Source of the DNA: Candidatus Micrarchaeota archaeon
Lineage (GTDB): Archaea; Micrarchaeota; Micrarchaeia; Micrarchaeales; CABMGC01
Reading direction: 5' to 3'
Assembly (NCBI GenBank): GCA_027319905.1
Contig: DAHVMJ010000003.1
Span: forward strand, 3,669-67,668
Length of the DNA stretch: 64,000 nucleotides
In this document: one piece after another, positions 62,300 through 64,000 of the stretch
How the letters are laid out: each line of letters begins with the position of its first letter
How positions within the stretch are numbered: position 1 is the stretch's first letter
Made by a program: the position numbers and the translations under genes
The notes under the pieces: generated by a model
What the model saw: the letters and a program-made list of their open reading frames with translations, nothing else
What the model was told of the DNA's origin: nothing
The model's database searches: none

Positions 62300-62461
62300 T
62301 CACTTTATTTTCAGCTTCAGCTTCCTGTGGCGCCAGTCCCTCTGGAACTTGTTGGACTGCAGTCTGCGGTGCGTGCGCACCATCGCAAGTACCGGCATGC
62401 GCCTGTTCTGCTTTAGCTTCTTGCCCAGCCTAAGCTTCTTTGCCAAACTCTTCTTGCTCAT
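62300..62461 (-). CDS. rpl39e: 50S ribosomal protein L39e
   Basis: Not in the ORF track (53 aa). The complement reads MSKKSLAKKLRLGKKLKQNRRMPVLAMVRTHRRLQSNKFQRDWRHRKLKLKIK, the typical L39e pattern. Confidence 0.85.
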   Translation of the reverse strand: MSKKSLAKKLRLGKKLKQNRRMPVLAMVRTHRRLQSNKFQRDWRHRKLKLKIK

Positions 62462-62465
62462 TGCA

Positions 62466-62789
62466 TCACTTGTGCCTGAACTGTATCTTCGATTCCGGCT
62501 TGAACGTAAGTCTCGAGAGCAGGTCCCTGAGCTGCGGCTCTGTTATCTGACCCGTTACGCGGCTGTTCCTCGCCATCGCTATTATAAGGTCGAGCAGCTG
62601 CGCGTACAACTCATAGTTTGCCACGCGCACGTTCATTAGCCGCTCATAAGCATCTGGTGTCATGAGTTTCTTCACCGCATTCTTCTTCTCCTGCTCAATC
62701 TGCATCTCCCTGAGACGTTTGTTTAATTCTTTCTTTATCTTCGCCTGGGTCTCGTTCTCGTTCTGTGCAGCATCGTTTGCCAAATTCAA
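62466..62789 (-). CDS. PDCD5/TFAR19-family DNA-binding protein
   Basis: 107 aa. LMTPDAYERLMNVRVANYELYAQLLDLIIAMA...ITEPQLRDLL matches the archaeal PDCD5-like family. Confidence 0.85.
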   Translation of the reverse strand: MNLANDAAQNENETQAKIKKELNKRLREMQIEQEKKNAVKKLMTPDAYERLMNVRVANYELYAQLLDLIIAMARNSRVTGQITEPQLRDLLSRLTFKPESKIQFRHK

Positions 62790-63202
62790 GCACCGCGGGA
62801 TATCTCGTTTGCAACCTTGTCCAGGAACGACCTGCCGCTTGGGGTTATCTCCCTTCCCGTCTTCCCCTTCTTTACGTAGCCCTGCTTCTCCAGCGCGTTG
62901 AGCGCGTCTGTGATTATGCTTCCTCCGGCGCGGACGTGGTGGTGTCTGCTTACCACGTGGCCCTTCCTGCTTCCGTATCTTGTCCTGAGCCTAGAAACGC
63001 CGAGCGGGCCATTGACATATACCTGCCTCAGCACCGAGGAGCAGCGTATGTACCAGAACTCCTTCTGCGATGGTATGCGCTCCTTGCTCGGTCCCGTCTT
63101 GACGTAAGCGAGATAGGCAGGCCTCTCCATTCCCTTCTCCTTGAGCCTGCGCGCCGCTACGTCTATCAGTTTGCCTGAATCTACGTCGTATACATTGGCC
63201 AT
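62786..63202 (-). CDS. rps19e: 30S ribosomal protein S19e
   Basis: 138 aa. FWYIRCSSVLRQVYVNGPLGVSRLRTRYGSRK...GGSIITDALNALEKQGYV. Confidence 0.93.
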   Translation of the reverse strand: MANVYDVDSGKLIDVAARRLKEKGMERPAYLAYVKTGPSKERIPSQKEFWYIRCSSVLRQVYVNGPLGVSRLRTRYGSRKGHVVSRHHHVRAGGSIITDALNALEKQGYVKKGKTGREITPSGRSFLDKVANEISRGA

Positions 63203-63278
63203 GCTGTTGACCCAAAATAGCGAATATACTGCTACGTTAAGCTATAAATATGTAAGGATAGCAATAAAATAGCTTATT

Positions 63279-63563
63279 GTGGTTGATGTAATGCCCATAA
63301 AGGTCAATATAATCGAGGATGAGAGCAAGAGCTTTGTCGCAGAACTTGTGGGCGCGGACAGGAGCGTAGCGGAACTGATAAAGGAGAAGCTGTCCGAGAA
63401 CAAGGAGGTTGAGTTCTCAAGCGTGGAGAAGGACCACCCTGAAACCGGCGACCCAAGAATTGTGGTCAAGTCATCGAAAAACGCGAAAGGACTCGTTCTC
63501 AAGGCGATTGAGCAGGCTGAAGAGGAGCTTAAGGACATCGAGGGCGAAATACCCAAGAAGTAG
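63279..63563 (+). CDS. rpoL: DNA-directed RNA polymerase subunit L (Rpo11)
   Basis: 94 aa. The layout ...FVAELVGADRSVAELIKEKL...VEFSSVEKDHP...IVVKS...LKAIEQAEEEL parallels archaeal RpoL, although the usual EDHT is replaced by ADRS. Confidence 0.65.
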   Translation: MVDVMPIKVNIIEDESKSFVAELVGADRSVAELIKEKLSENKEVEFSSVEKDHPETGDPRIVVKSSKNAKGLVLKAIEQAEEELKDIEGEIPKK

Positions 63564-63567
63564 TTAA

Positions 63568-64000
63568 ATGCAGATGAAGCAGGGCATACGCATACTCGCG
63601 CTTGACGACTCGTCTTTTAAGAAAGGGGAAAGGGACAACCTTATCGTTGGCGTAGTTGGGAGAGGTGACCTGATAGAGGGCATACTCTCGTTCAGGGTCG
63701 CCGTAGACGGGGATGACGCTACCGGGAAGATAATAAAAAAGGTGAGAGGATCAAGGTTCTCCGGCCAAATCAAACTGATTGTCGTGAATGGCATAGCCAT
63801 CGCGGGCCTGAACTTCGTTGACATAGGCGAGGTGAGCAGGTCGCTGAGGATTCCTGCTGTTAACATAGTGAGGAGAAAACCGCACAGCACAGAGTTGTCC
63901 AAGGCCATCCGGGCATCTGGAGCCTCTGCAAAAAAGAAACTGGCGCTGCTCAAAAAGTTGAACTCAGAGTTCAAGATAACAAAGGTTGGAGGCTTCTACG
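63568..64000 (+). CDS. DUF99/UPF0215-family protein (endonuclease V-like fold), 3'-truncated by the window end
   Basis: Not in the ORF track. ATG at 63568. Reads MQMKQGIRILALDDSSFKKGERDNLIVGVVGRGDLIEGILSFRVAVDGDDATGKII...IVVNGIAIAGLNFVDIGEVSRSLRIPAVNIVRRKP, the typical DUF99 pattern. No stop occurs before 64000. Confidence 0.7.
   Translation, partial: MQMKQGIRILALDDSSFKKGERDNLIVGVVGRGDLIEGILSFRVAVDGDDATGKIIKKVRGSRFSGQIKLIVVNGIAIAGLNFVDIGEVSRSLRIPAVNIVRRKPHSTELSKAIRASGASAKKKLALLKKLNSEFKITKVGGFY

Noticed and set aside
63564-63974. 136-aa minus-strand ORF at the window end
   Set aside because: The plus strand encodes a well-matching DUF99-family protein from ATG 63568. The minus-strand product has no features.
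1-64000. Search for CRISPR arrays, rRNA genes, transposases/integrases and prophage blocks
   Set aside because: I found no periodic repeat-spacer pattern, no rRNA-like conserved stretches, and no ORF with integrase or transposase motifs. The only repeats seen are the (AG)11 tract, the 49-bp duplication and paralog-derived similarity.

Overview
This is a densely packed archaeal chromosome segment. All calls rest on reading motifs in the supplied translations and DNA; no database search or RNA folding was run. Genes often overlap by 1-13 nt at start/stop junctions, and A/T-rich TATA-like boxes sit about 25-30 nt upstream of several start codons, which suggests short or absent leaders. Most of the window is housekeeping. 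It encodes ribosomal proteins S24e, S19e, L31e and L39e, and the translation factors aIF5A, aIF5B and aIF6. It also encodes ValRS, IleRS, TyrRS, GatD/GatE, two tandem FtsZ genes, ATP-dependent DNA ligase, a sufB-sufD-sufC-sufS operon, Topo VI subunit A and a type IA topoisomerase. LonB, RFC small subunit, FtsY, prefoldin alpha, a DEAD-box helicase, RpoL and one tRNA-Thr(CGU) are present too. The gene set and very short intergenic spacers fit a small-genome archaeon, possibly DPANN-like, but lineage cannot be fixed from sequence alone. The standout region is 17.1-23.1 kb, a six-gene, translationally coupled minus-strand operon. Five of its products are paralogs that combine an unnamed N-terminal helical domain (RRLWAG...EECAESLRIL) with a type I phosphoribosyltransferase-like core. 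They are interleaved with two LOG/SLOG-type Rossmann domains, one free-standing and apparently intact, the other fused and degenerate. I cannot assign this organisation to any described pathway or defence system. The operon also shows recent rearrangement: a 49-bp tandem duplication at one gene junction and long identical DNA runs between two paralogs. Other accessory content: (1) a type IV pilus-like locus whose LamG-domain pilin has a distant paralog with conserved ends and a replaced core, and an (AG)11 microsatellite sitting where that pilin's start codon should be. (2) A 1,040-aa sequon-rich beta-helix surface protein. (3) Two tandem divergent NDK-like genes. (4) An M23 peptidase. (5) Two tandem uncharacterised paralogs. 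(6) A roughly 370-nt locus with promoter, oligo-T terminator and tRNA T-arm-like motifs that may be a structured RNA. No CRISPR array, integrase, transposase or rRNA was seen.
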